DNA from: Octopus sinensis
Taxonomy: Eukaryota
Length of the DNA: 64,000 nucleotides
NCBI RefSeq assembly: GCF_006345805.1
Contig: NW_021832391.1
Coordinates: 1 to 64,000, forward strand
Direction of reading: 5' to 3'
The number at the start of each line of letters is the position of its first letter. The first letter of the stretch is position 1. The notes below the pieces were generated by a model. That model saw nothing but the letters and a program-made list of their open reading frames with translations, was not told the DNA's origin and did no database searches. Positions 16,560 through 29,800 of the stretch are shown here, in pieces. A program made the translations under genes and the position numbers.

Positions 16560-19500
16560 AGTCAGAGTAAGTGACAGAGTAATTAAAATTAGATTAGTCC
16601 TTCAACACAGGACAGCTACCATCATCTCGGCATATGCCCCTTAAACAGGGCTACCGGAAGGACAAAAAGACCAATTCTATGACACCCTATTGCGAACTAC
16701 CTCGTTGACAAATGACAGTGACCTTCTCTTCGTGGCAGGTGATTTCAATGGACATGTCGGACGGCATGTCGGGGGCTTCCATGGCGTCCATGGAGGCTAC
16801 GGTTTTCGGCTCTCGTAATGAGGAGGGAACCAGGCTGCTGGAGTTCTGCGATGCAAATGACCTTATGTCTGGGCAATACCAACTTCAGGAACTCTCCTCT
16901 CACCTAGTCACCTACCGTTCTGGCAGACACACCAGCCAGATTGACTACCTCCTTGCCAGAAAAAGGGAAAGAGGGCTGATTATAAATGCCAAACCTTTCC
17001 AGGCGAAGAATGCACTCCTCAACATAGATTAGTAGTTAGCGACTTCAGGATCAGAGCTAAATGGTTGCCCAGAAGAACCCTGCTGGAGGAGAAGGGTCTT
17101 GAAGCTTAAGATCCTGCAAATGGACAAGATTTAGAGACATACTACTCGAAGCCTTTGACGAAATAGAAGGGGATTAGCTTCACTTAATGTGGAAGACAAC
17201 TGGAGATTTCTACGGGACAATCTGCTGACAGCCACTGACCAGATCTGTGGATGGAGCAAAGTACCATCTCAACCCAGAGTAACATGGTGGTGGAACACTG
17301 TGGTTGACAGGGCTATTAGACAAAAGAGACAGGCTTGGAAGGACTGGAAGACGGTGGTAGCAGGGAATTGTATCAGACAGCCAGAAGGGAAGCTAGGAGA
17401 CAGTTTATTTAGCCAGAGGGGAAGCGATAAGAAAAAATTTGCCATGTTCTGCGCCCGGAGGATGAAAGACTTGAGGTATTTCGTGTTGCAAGACAGTGTG
17501 TGAGAGAGAATCATGATGTGGTAGGAGAGAGTGTGTTCGCATGGATGATGGTTCACTTGCGGTAAATGAGGAGGCAAAGAGAGAGGTTTGGATATACCAC
17601 TATGAAGGTTGCTGAATAAAGAAAATGAATGGGATAAAGGAGTCTGCCGAATGTTGACCCAACAGAGGGACCAGCTATCCGAGTTGATAGTTCCATGGTA
17701 GCTAAGGCAATTAGAAGCATGAAGACAGGGAAAGCCCCAGGCCCATCAGGAATTACTGCAGAGATGCCCAAAATATCTGGCAGTGTCGGCTATAACCTAG
17801 TCACCCGTATAGTCAACCAGGTGATACACGAAGGAGTCATACCCAATGACTGGTGTAGCAGCATACTAGTCAGTCAACTGCACAAAGGTAAGGTGATGCC
17901 CTAGATACAAATAATTACAGAGGTATCAGCTGTTGGATCAGGTAATGAATGTTACGGAGAGGGTCATAGCCCAACTAATTAGAGAGAGAGTAGTTTAGAT
18001 GAGATGCAGTTTGGGTTTGTGCCAGGGAAAAGCACCACTGATGCTATATTCCTGGTAAGGCAGCTGCAAGAGAAATACCTAGCCAAAGATAAGCCCCTGT
18101 ACCTGGCTTTCGTTGACATGGAGAAAGCCTTTGATAGGGTCCCCCGATCCCTCATCTGGTGGTCAATGAGGAAACTAGGGATAGATGAATGGCTGGTGAG
18201 GGCTGTGCAAGCCATGTACAGAGATGCCGTAAGCAAGGTTAGGGTTGGCAACATGTACACAGAAGAATTCAAAGTAGAGGTTGGGGTCCACCAGGGTTCA
18301 GTATTCAGCCCCCTCCTATTTATCATAGTCCTCCAGGCAATAACAGAGGAATTCAAGACAGGTTGCCCCTGGGAGCTCCTCTATGCTGACGACCTCGCTC
18401 TAATTGCTGAGTCACTATCAGAACTGGAGGAGAAGTTCCAGGTGTGGAAGGAGGGTTTAGAATCGAGGGGCCTTATAGTCAACCTAGCTAAAACCAAAGT
18501 ACTAATAAGTAGAAAGGTAGGCAATCACAAATGTCCTCAGGAGATGGCCCTGCTCGATCTGTAGAAAAGGTGTAGGTAGAAACTCTATAAGATGTACCCA
18601 GTGTAAGCTATGGACACATAAGAGGTGCAGCAATGTCAAAGGTAGGTAACTGGGAAGATAGTTTTTATATGTGGCAGATGCTCGGGAGCATTGACCTCCG
18701 AAAATCTGCAGAAAACAACTTCCGTCACTTTCCAGGGGGAAAAATTAGAAGTAGTTGATAGCTTCCGTTATCTAGGTGACCAAGTCAGTAGTGGGGTGGG
18801 TGCGCTGAGAGTGTAACTGCTAGAATAAATAGCCTGGGCAAAGTTTAGGGAGCTCTTACCCTGCTGGTGACTAAAGGCCTCTCGCTCAGAGTAAAGGACA
18901 GACTGGATGATGCATGTGTTCGAACTGCCATGCTACATGGCAGTGAAACATGGGCCGTGACTGCTGAGGACATGCGTAAGCTCATGAGGAATGAAGCCAG
19001 TATGCTCCCGATGGATGTGTAATGTCAGTGTACTTACTCGACAGAGCGTTAGTTCCCTGAGAGAAATGTTGTACCTAAGAAGCATCAGTTGTGGTTTGCA
19101 AGAGAGACGATTGCGCTGGTATGGTCATGTGGCGAGAATGGATGAAGATAGGTGTGTGAGAAAGTGCCAATCCCTAGCAGTTGAGGGAACCCGTGGAAGA
19201 GGTAGACCCAGGAAAACCTGGGACGAGGTGGTGAAGCACGACCTTTGAACGTTAGGTCTCACCATGGAAATGACTAGAGACCGAGACCTATGGAAGTATG
19301 CTGTGCGTGAGAAGACCCGGCAAGACAAGTGAAGCCATAACCCGTGGCCCCTACCTGGGACGTAGTCAGTCCACCTGTGCATACCTTCCTGCTTGTGACA
19401 CTTGTGAAGACCTGTTGAAGCAAGTCAAATCAATCAAAGTCAAATCGAAGTCAAACCAAATCAAAATAGATGAACATCAATGGAATTTGTATCCTTGTGG

Positions 19501-19897
19501 TACCAGTGCCGGTGGCACATAAGAAAACCATCCGAAAGGGACGTAGCCAGTACCGCATCGACTGGCCTCCGGCGCTGGCACGTAACAAACACCATCCGAT
19601 CGTAGCCGTTCGCCAGCCTCGTCTGGCACCTGTGTCGGTGGCACATAAGAAAAACACCGAAAACACCATATCCGAGCGTGGCCGTCTGCCAGCCTCGTCT
19701 GGCACCTGTGTCGGTGGCACATAAAATCACCCACTACACTCTCGGAGTGGTTGGCGTTAGGAAGGGCATCCAGCTGTAGAAACACTGCCAGATCTGACTG
19801 GCCTGGTGTAGCCTTCGGGCTTGCCAGACCCCAGTTGAACCGTCCAACCCATGCTAGCATGGAAAGCGGACGTTAAACGATGATGATGATGATGATG
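16560..19897 (+). mobile_element. RTE-clade LINE, 5'-truncated and decayed, with long 3' UTR ending in (GAT)n
   Basis: APE remnants (GDFNGHVG, QIDYLL), RT QFGFVPGKSTTDAIF, FVDMEKAFDRVPR, GVHQGS, LYADDL, C-terminal RLRWYGHVARM and RGRGRPRKTW. Confidence 0.92.
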
Positions 19898-19909
19898 ATA
19901 TACCTATGT

Positions 19910-20567
19910 GCGTGTGTGTGTAAGTGTGAGTGGATTTGGTACACGGCAACCGAATGAAACCGTCGTATATGTGAATATATATATATATATATATGTATGT
20001 ATATACACATGTACATGTATATTCATGTATGTATGTGTGTGTGTGTGTTTGTTTCTGTGTCTGTGTTTGTGTCCCCAACATCGCTTTACAACCGACACTG
20101 GTGTGTTTACGCCCCCGTAACTTAGCGGTTAGGCAAAGGAGAGCGATAGAATAAATACTAGGCTTACAAAGAATAAGTCCTGGGGTCGATTTGCTCGACA
20201 AATGGCGAAGCACCAGCATGGGCACAATCAAATGACTGAAACAAAAGATTGAAAGTGTATTTCACGCTTTAGTATAAATTGTAAGGGAAGTAACTCTAGA
20301 AGATGTTTTTTATTTACTTCCCTTATATACGTAGTTAATAGAATAAAAAATTTTGCTGTTTACTCTTTAGCTCTCTTTTACTATTTTCAGTTATTTGACT
20401 GCGGCCATGCTGGAGCACCGCCTTCAGTCGAGCAAATTGACCCCAGGACCTATTGTTTATAGTACTTAATCGATCGCTCTCTTTTGCTGAACCCCTCAGT
20501 TACGGAGACGTGAACACAAGCATCGGTTGTGAAGCGATGTTCGAGGGATAAACAGACGTATAAACGT

Positions 20568-20598
<31 letters not shown>

Positions 20599-20820
20599 CC
20601 TATGTGTGTGTGTGAGTGGTAAGTAGCATGCTTACAAACCACATGCTTCTGGGTTCAGTCCCACTGCGTTGTACCTTAGGCAAGTGTTACCTTCTATATT
20701 CTCAGGCCGACCAAATCCTTATGATTGGATATGGTAGCAGAAGATGAAAAAAGCCCGTCGTATACAATTGTGTATATACATATATATACGATTGTGTGCC
20801 TGTGTTTGTCCCCCCTACCA
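19910..20820. mobile_element. Cluster of CORE-type SINE pieces (+ 19910-20240, - 20365-20560, + 20612-20820)
   Basis: Segments match the 643-999 SINE head, core and tail. Confidence 0.8.
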
Positions 20821-20829
20821 TCAGATAAC

Positions 20830-21150
20830 TACATAAACACCTAACCCTCATTCAAGCCAATATCTACTATGAAAAAATCGACAACTGCAGTCAATCGAAG
20901 ATAATGACCAAACTGTCTACCCTTATCCACCAATTCCAACAATATTTAACAAAAAAGGAGAGAAATTACTTGAGTAGATTTCTCCGCAAAGCCCGTAACT
21001 TCTGTAAACCTCCCAAAATCCACAAAAGTTAGGCCATAGACGAAGCCTGTAACAAGTCAACTTCTATAGTCATAAATATTCCACACCCGAGAGATCTCAG
21101 AATGAGACCAATTGTGGCCGGTTCAGGTACGTAGATACGGGGGGCATTGG
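20830..21150 (+). pseudogene. Decayed Penelope-like RT fragment
   Basis: Reads NFCKPPKIHKS and INIPHPRDLRMRPIVAG, matching the PLE RT motifs (N)FYGLPKIHK and RPIV(A/S). Confidence 0.65.
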
Positions 21151-21904
21151 GTGCTTAGCACTCCCAGTTAGAATCTCAGCCCCCTCCACCCCAGTATGAG
21201 AATTTGTTTTATCCACTTTTGAAATAATACATTGTCGCCATATGAGAAAAATATGAATAATATCTGAAGTAGCTAAAGATGCAATAAATAGAATTTCTGT
21301 TGATTTAGTGATATGAAAATGGGTGTTTGTTGTAGCTGCACACACACAAACAAATAAAAACACCCAGTCGCTCACACACACGCACATACAAACACTGAAG
21401 TGAAAATACTCACACACACACGCAAAAAAACACACACAATCTCATACGCGCACAAATACACACACATCGAAATGAAAACACACAGTTACATACTCAAACA
21501 CACACACGCACACAAGCAACGAACTGGAAACACTCTCTTACACATGTGCGAGCGCAAAGAGACATAGAACTGAAAGCACGCACACGCTCACACACACACA
21601 CACATATTGGTTGACACTCACACTCATACAATTTCTTCAGAATGTTACGTTTTTAAGGTGAACGTATTTCAAGCATAGATAGCTACGAGTGTGCGTCTTT
21701 GCATGTATCTATGTGTGTGTGTGGGTGTTTGTGCGTGTGTGAGCACAGTCCACCCATACCCAAGGTGATTACATCGTCTCGTGTGACCCAGCCGCGGAAG
21801 TTTTTTTTCTCCCACTGCAGTTCCGGACCTCATTAATGAACTCAATTGCATACAACCAATCAGAGCTCATCTTGAACTTGTTGTCAGGTTAACAAAAAGG
21901 AGTG

Positions 21905-22240
21905 TCTGTATGGGAAGTAGCTTGCTTACCAACTACATGGTTTCGGGTTCAGTCCCACTGCGTGGAACCTTGGGCAAGTGTCTTCTACTATAGCCTCGGG
22001 CCGACCAAAGACTTATGAGTGGATTTCGTAGATGGAAACAGAAAAAAGCCTGTCGTATATATGTAAATATATAGGCGTAAGAGTGGCTGTGTGGTAAGTA
22101 GCTTGCTTACCACATGATTTCTGGTTCAGTCCCACTGCGTGGCACCATGGGCAAGTATCTTGTACTATAGCCTCAGACAGTGCAAAGTTTTGTGAGTGGA
22201 TTTGGTACACGGAAACAGAAAGAAGCCCGTCGTATATATG
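21905..22240 (+). mobile_element. Two tandem CORE-type SINE 5' halves
   Basis: GGTTCAGTCCCACTGCGTGG.ACC.TGGGCAAGT occurs twice; the same doublet recurs at 42440-42780 and 46800-47140. Confidence 0.85.
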
Positions 22241-22291
<51 letters not shown>

Positions 22292-22293
<2 letters not shown>

Positions 22294-22520
22294 GGAGATG
22301 TACTCGCATAGCAAGTAAGTTGATCTGAGATCGTGTGCTGAAACGAAAACAATTGCAGCGTGGAAGGTGTTTGTAAGCCATTTAAGAAACACACAAAAGC
22401 CGTTCGATTCACTTCAACATTTAAGTTTAATTTGTCAAAATATTTTTTCGTCGCTAAAATCCGCGACCTGTTCACTGACAAAAATCCGTGCTGCATCTGA
22501 GAAAGTAACAGTTAGTTCGT
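22292..22520 (-). mobile_element. Solo PLE pLTR with hammerhead variant (22431-22482)
   Basis: Homologous to 32205-32390 (which runs into the PLE ORF) and to 48008-48210; partial inverted copy at 22998-23102. Confidence 0.75.
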
Positions 22521-23101
22521 CATATATATGTACGTATGTATGTGTGAATGTATGCATACACATATGTATGTATGTATGCATGTACGTACATACGCCTGTG
22601 AATGCATGTATGTATGTATATATGTATGTGTGTGTATATGCACGCACATACACACTATAAACATAAAGCTATAAACCTGTAGTGATGGATAGATGTAGAT
22701 TGACCACTCATCACAATAATATCAAATTTCAACTTCCCCCGCCGAAGCCAGGAAGTGATTTACGACCCTCACTCCCAAAACTATACCCTAAAACCTATTA
22801 TCAGATATTTATCTCTATATCACAGAACTTTTGTTTTACTATTGTACGTATGTATGTATGTGCGTATGTATGTATGTATGTATGTGTGTATGTACATACG
22901 TACGCATGAGCGTATGTATGTGTACGCGCACGTATGCATGTGCCCATGTATGTGTGTGCGTACATGTACGTGCGTATGTACGTGTGTATGCCCATACGTA
23001 GCGACGAAAATATTTTGACAAATTAAACTTAAATGTTGAAGTGAATCGAACGGCTTTTGTGTGTTTCTTAAATGGCTTACAAACATCTTCCACGCTGCAA
23101 T

Positions 23102-23155
<54 letters not shown>

Positions 23156-23423
23156 TATATATATGTGTATATATATATGTGTATATATATGTGTGTATAT
23201 ATATGTGTATATATATACACACACATATATATATATATGTGTGTATATATATATGTGTGTATATATATGTGTGTATATATATATATGTATATATATGTGT
23301 GTATATATATATATGTATATATGTATATATATATATATGTGTGTGTATGTATATATGTATATATATATATATGTGTGTGTGTATATATATATGGCATATA
23401 TATATATGTGTGTATATATATAT

Positions 23424-23485
23424 ATGGCGGTGCCCCAGCATGGCCACAGCTCATAAGCTGAAACTGGAAAAATCAAAAATCAATC
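23424..23485 (+). mobile_element. Isolated 3' tip of LINE family B inside (TA)n
   Basis: GGCGGTGCCCCAGCATGGCCACAGCTCATAAGCTGAAACTGG; a shorter copy at about 24158-24190. Confidence 0.8.
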
Positions 23486-23581
23486 ATATGTATATATATA
23501 TATATAGATATATATATATATATTATATAATATATATATGTGTGTGTATATAATATATATGTATATATATATATATGTGTG

Positions 23582-23628
<47 letters not shown>

Positions 23629-24193
23629 ATATATAGGTGTGTATATATATATGTATATATATATATATATGTGTATATATATATGTGTGTATATATGTGT
23701 GTATATATATATGTATATATATATATATAGTGTGTATATATATGTGTTGTATATATATATGTATAATATATATATGTGTATTATATATATATGTGTGTAT
23801 ATATATATGTATTATATATATATATGTGTGTATATATATATGTTATATATATATATATGTGTGTATATATATATATATATGTGTGTATTATATATATGTA
23901 TATATATATATATATATGTGTGATATATATATGTATATATATATATATATGGTGTATATATATATGTATATATATATATGTGTGTATATATATATGTATT
24001 ATATATATATATGTGTGTATATATATATGTATATATATATATGTGTGTATATATATAGGTATAATATATATGTGTGTATATATTATATGTATATATATAT
24101 ATATGGTATATATATATATGTAAATATATATATGTGTGTGTATATATATATGTAAATAAGCTAAACTGGAAAAATCAAAAATCAATCAATATG

Positions 24194-24228
<35 letters not shown>

Positions 24229-24282
24229 CTATATATATATATATGTGTGTGTGTATATATATAATATGTATATATATATATG

Positions 24283-24329
<47 letters not shown>

Positions 24330-24799
24330 GTGGTGTATATATATATGTATATATATATATATATTATATATATATATATGTGTATATATATATTATAATA
24401 TATATATATGTGTATATATATATATGTTGTATATATTATGTATATATATATATATGTGTGTTATATATATGTATAATATATATATATATGTGTGTATATA
24501 TATATGTATATATATATATATATGTGTTATATATATATATGTATATATATATATATGTGTGTATATATATATGTATATATATATATGTGTGTATATATAT
24601 ATGTATATATATATATGTGTGTATATATATATGTATATATATATATATGTGTGTATATATATATGTATATATATATATATGTGTGTATATATATATGTAA
24701 ATATATATATATATGTGTGTATATATATGTATATATATATATATATGTGTGTGTATATATATGTATGTATGTGTGAATATATATGTATATATATTTTTT

Positions 24800-25123
24800 T
24801 AGAAGCACTCCGTCGGTTACGACGACGAGTGTTCCGGTTGATCCGAGTCAACGGAACAGCCTGCTCGTGAAATTAACGTGTAAGTGGCTGAGCACTCCAC
24901 AGACACGTGTACCCTTAACGTAGTTCTCGGGGATATTCAGCGTGACACAGAGAGTGACAAGGCCGGCCCTTTGAAATACAGGTACAATAGAAACAGGAAG
25001 AAAGAGTGAGAGAAAGTTGCGGTGAAAGAGTACAGCAGGGATCACAACGCCTGGTTTGGGAATCGAAACCGCGATCCTATGACCACGAGTCCGCTGCCCT
25101 AACCACTGGGCCATTGCGCCTCC
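24800..25123 (-). mobile_element. Second tRNA-derived SINE family
   Basis: Head GGAGGCGCAATGGCCCAGTGGTTAGGGCAGCGGACTCG...GGTTTCGATTCCC with A and B boxes; unrelated body; two 3' hairpins. Confidence 0.8.
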
Positions 25124-25149
25124 ACTATATGTAGACGGCTGGCTGGATG

Positions 25150-25790
25150 GATTCTTAGAACCTTTAGAACAAGAGAACAAGAAACCATGATGGTCCTCTG
25201 GAAGACACTTGTCCTAAGCCACTTTGACTATTGCTCTCAGCTATGGTCACCATCCAGTGTCAAGTTGATCACAGAACTTGAGGCGATCCAACGAAGCTAC
25301 ACAAAGAAGATAGCCTCTATGCAGAATGTAAGCTACTGGGAAAGACTCAAGAGATTAAAATTATATTCCCTGGAGCGTAGGCGGGAAAGATATGCCATAA
25401 TATACATCTGGAAGATCCTGGAGGGAAGTGTCCTGAACTTTGGCATCGAGAGTTACGCAAATGCCAGAACTGGGCGCCACTGCGTGGTGCCTAGGACTCC
25501 AAACCTGCCATCAAGATGTAGGACAAGATTCTGTGATAGCCTGGGCTTCCGAGGCCCACAGCTCTTCAATATCCTCCCGAATAACCTGAGAGACCTGCAT
25601 GGGGTGGATACAGATGTCTTTAAAATGAAGCTGGATCTCTTCCTGTCAGGTGTCCCAGATGAACCAACTTCACGGCAGGAGGGGCAGATGAGGGCAGCTG
25701 CATCGAACTCTCTCATGCACTAAATAGCAGTTGCTAGAAAGCCTCCATAAAGTGAAACCAAGTAGCAACACCAAATGGCGGTACACTTCA
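25150..25790 (+). mobile_element. 3' portion of LINE family B
   Basis: ORF 25187-25723: FDYCSQLWSP, LYSLERRRERY, FRGPQLFN, KLDLFLSGVPDEP. Confidence 0.9.
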
Positions 25791-25889
25791 TACAAAATGT
25801 TGGCAACTTCTACGAGTTACTCGAAATACAGAGTACATTCGTGGAAGTCATATCAGGAATGAATATGTTTGTGTGTGTGCGTTCATTGA

Positions 25890-26465
25890 GACATTGGGTT
25901 GTGAGGGTCTGTATCTGCGCTGCTTGCTGCATCATTAATGAACGCAAGTTTGAAATTTCAGAAGAACTGGTTTGCGCAAGTTACTTGTCTGGTACCTCGG
26001 CTATTTTGTCCATTAGCTCCGCCAGTTCCTCAATGGATGTGGATTCTCTAGTGGAAGCGAGGACCACCTGCGTATTGGAGGGCAGACGCTGGAGAAAAAG
26101 CTGCTTGAAAATTCTGTCAGGGAGGCTCTCATCTCCAAGAAGCTACTTCATTCTGCGTAGAAGTTGAGAAGCTGAGAAGGCGTTTTATCACCCAATTCTT
26201 CCGATATCAGAAGCTGGTGAAGTCGTTTCTGTTGGGATTCGGAGGTTCTGTCGATGAGTGTCGTTTTAAAAGTGTTGTACGACACAAAACCAGGCGGTGC
26301 CATAATGAGATCACGGACGACGTTCGTGATTTCTGGTGACAGAGAACCGATTACATGCAATAGTCGAGACGCATTGCTCAGTACTCGGTGAGAAGAGAAC
26401 TGGGCCTCTATATGGTAAAACCATAATGCAGGGTCGTGGGTCCAGAAACATTACACAGTGAAATT
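25890..26465 (-). pseudogene. gag: Gypsy-type gag fragment (DUF7041-like)
   Basis: FWTHDPALWFYHIEAQF, HVIGSL, LLISEELGDKTPSQLL, LFLQRLPSNTQVVLAS...LAELMDKIAEV. Confidence 0.75.
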
Positions 26466-26469
26466 TCTT

Positions 26470-26863
26470 GTTATCATATCAAGTATTGGTTTTATTTCTT
26501 TCGTTGGTGTCTCTCTCTAACCTATTCCAGAACTTGTTGCGGTATAGGGACCATATACTGTTTTCGTCATCACTTAGAATGTGTTTGAATCTTGTTTTTG
26601 CTCCTTTGTACACTCTGATTCTGTCATATTGTTTGTATCCGGGGCGTTGCATTTGGAATATGAAGTGCTGGATGTGTTGTTGTTCTTGTGGTTGGCATAG
26701 TGGAGATACATTCCTCATTACTCTAACGAAGTCTGCCACCAGGATGTTGAGCTTGGTAGTACTCAACATCGTTGAGTCACTATGAATTACCAGTGGATTA
26801 CCCATAGGTTTACATTAGTGTGAGTGGAGTAAACAGGATTTAACAGTTCCGTTAACCATAGCT
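26470..26863 (-). pseudogene. PLE RT C-terminal/linker segment, continuation of the 30056-32390 element
   Basis: KPMGNPLVIH...KLNILVADFVRVMRN; joins across the HERO insertion to DTELW at 30056. Confidence 0.75.
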
Positions 26864-29800
26864 GCTGCGGAAAGGTGTTTGCTAGTTACATCGGGCTGAG
26901 AATCTACCATGGGAAGGTGTGTCAGAAGAAAGTAATTCAACAACGTGGGTTGATAAACCATAAGATGTGTGGCCAGAACCCCCTGGAAAATAACCATAGC
27001 AAGGTTCATTCCACAGTTGAATTGGAACAGTCAAAAAGACTGATAGGCGTGAAGAGGACAAAGATTAAGTGGCCGAAAGCAAATGACGGAGAGAGAAAAA
27101 AAAACTATCGTAGCTTTGTGAACGATCCATATCAATATGCGAAACATTTATTTACTGAAAGTAAAAGCAGAAAATTGGATTGCACGAAAGAAGAGCTCGA
27201 ACAACATCTGAAAGAGACATACAGCGACTCCAACAGAAATGAAGTACTCCCAGAAATGCACGGACTGAAGAAACCACCTGAACCAAGAGTACCATTTGAT
27301 TTGAGTGACATCAAACGGAAAGAAATGGATGAGTTCATCAGAAAAGCAAGAACAAAAAGTTCAGCAGGGAACGATGGGGTGAGCTACAAAGTATACAAAT
27401 ATTACCCGAAATTACGCTTGCACCTGTTTGCACTGATAAGAGAAATGTGGAAGAAGAAAGATGTAGCGGAGCGATGGTGTATAGCTGAAGGTATCTTTCT
27501 ACCTAAAGAAATAGAGGCAAAAATACTAGGTCAATTTAGACCGATTTCACTATTAAATACTGACGGGAAAATCATGTTTGGAATTATTGCTAGACGAATC
27601 ATAAGATTCGTACAGCATAACAGATATGTTAATGAAGCGATTCAAAAAGCAGGAATCTCTGGGTGCATAGAACACGCATTTTCCATCTGGGAAGCCATCA
27701 CCTGTGCAAAACAAATGAAGACAAACCTGTATATTGTTTGGCTAGATCTTGCCAATGCTTATGGATCTGTTCCGCACGCAATAATAAAAACAGCGATGGA
27801 CTTCTTTTGGATTCCAAAAGATGTTCAACGAATGCTCATGTCGTACTACGACAACCTGAGGATGAGATTTACAGCAGGAAAGTTCACAACGGAGTGGCAA
27901 CGGCTTGAAATAGGGATTGCAGCCGGATGCACGATATCAGTCATCTTATTCGTGCTAGTCATGGAAATGCTACTCAGATCTACAAACTGTGAGAAAGCTG
28001 TTACAAAGACACCATTAAGGGTTTTTATGGACGACGTAACTATATTATCGAAAAGTAGAGAAGCAGCAGAGGGAATGCTAGAGTGGTTGGACGAACTGAT
28101 AGGATGGGCAAGGATGAAATTCAAAGCCAAAAAAGGCAAGAAGTGAAATTCAGGATAGGAAGTGAAGACATACCAACAGTGAAAGAACAACCAGTAAAGA
28201 GTCTTGGCAGATGGTATAGAGATTTATTAAATGATAAGAAGCAAGGGAAAGAACCACACGAGTTAGTTGAACAAGGATTAAAGGCAATTGACGGAACAAC
28301 GCTGCCGGGAAAATTCAAATGTTGGATACTGCAATTTTGGCTGTACCCAAGAATAATGTGGCCATTGCAAATGTACGAAATAGCCTCAAGTAGAGTAGAA
28401 AGGATGGATCAAAGATGCAGTGTGTTTATCAGAAAATGGCTTGGTCTGCCAAAACCACAATACAACTGCACTATATGGAAAACCCGTGCTGCAACTACCA
28501 ATAACATCAATCGCCGAAGAATATAAGGCAGGAAAGGCAAGAACAGTTATGATGCTAAGGTATTCAAAAGATCAGAGCATCCGGGAAAACCCTCCAAAGG
28601 TATGAACAGGGAGAAAATGGAAGGCGGAAGAGGCAGTAAACAGGGCGATCGGAAAACTAAGGCACGCAGATATAGTCAGAGCGACGCAAGAAGCAAGAAC
28701 CGGGTTGCAAAATTTCAGGCCATTTTGCAAGAGCAGTATAAAAGAGATGAAAGAGGCAGTGGTATACGAAGTGAGAAAGGAGGAAGAAGAAAGGCGAAAT
28801 GTACATTTGGTGCAATGCAGTCAACAGGGACAGTGCCTGAGATGGGAGGAATATGTGATCAACCGCAGAATATCATGGAAGGAACTTTGGGCTATGGAAC
28901 AAGCAAAAACATCCTTCATGATCAAGTCTACCTTCGACGTTCTATCCTCACCGGCGAACTTAGTCCGGTGGAACATAAAAACAACCCATGAGTGTAGATG
29001 CGGAGAGAAAGCAACGGTTAGACATGTTCTGTCAGGTTGCAGAATAGCACTAGAAAGATATACATGGCGGCATAATCAAGTCCTCGGCATCATAAGTGCA
29101 GCACTCAAGGAGAAGATCGAGAGGTACAATAAGGGAGAGTACCCAAAAGTAGAAAAGCGCAGGAAAGTATACTTCCACAAGGAGGGAAAAGGATATAAAA
29201 CCAGGCCTACAAGTAAAGTATATGAGATAGATGAAAGATGGAAGGGATACTGGGAGGTGGCCACGGACTTGGAAAGACAATTGATATTTCCACTAATAAA
29301 AATAATAAAAAGACCGGATTTAGTCCTATGAAACAGAGACCGGAGAATAGGAATTTTACTAGAACTGACAGTACCTTGGGAAGAGAACATCGGCTACGGA
29401 GAGGAACGAAAGGAGAAGAGGTATGAAAAGCTAATCGAAGAATGCAGAGAACAGGGATGGAATGTCGAATATTATCACCTGGCAGTGGGGGCTAGAGGCT
29501 TCATTGAAAGGAAAATGACAACGCTTTTCAAAAGAAGATTTGTTTTTTCTAGCTCGGAACTGTGAAAACTAATAAGGAGAGTACAGGAGGCAGTCGAAAA
29601 AGCCAGCTTCTATATATGGCTGAAGCGGGAAGACCGAAAATGGCTTGAAAGTCATAACATGCTGGCGGGAAATAACATTATTAGGTGAGACAAGCTGACA
29701 CTGAATCAGCTTCGCTGACTGACAGGTGACGGTCGTTTAGAGAATGCGTGGGCTAAAACTATGCGCCTTCACTAGTCAGTATTTAAAGGGAAAAATTTGA

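Noticed and set aside
25060-25123. tRNA gene
   Set aside because: A and B boxes are present but there is no complete cloverleaf, and the sequence continues into a SINE body; the same applies to the CORE-SINE heads.
25775-26167. 130-aa plus-strand ORF
   Set aside because: Antisense shadow of the Gypsy gag fragment.
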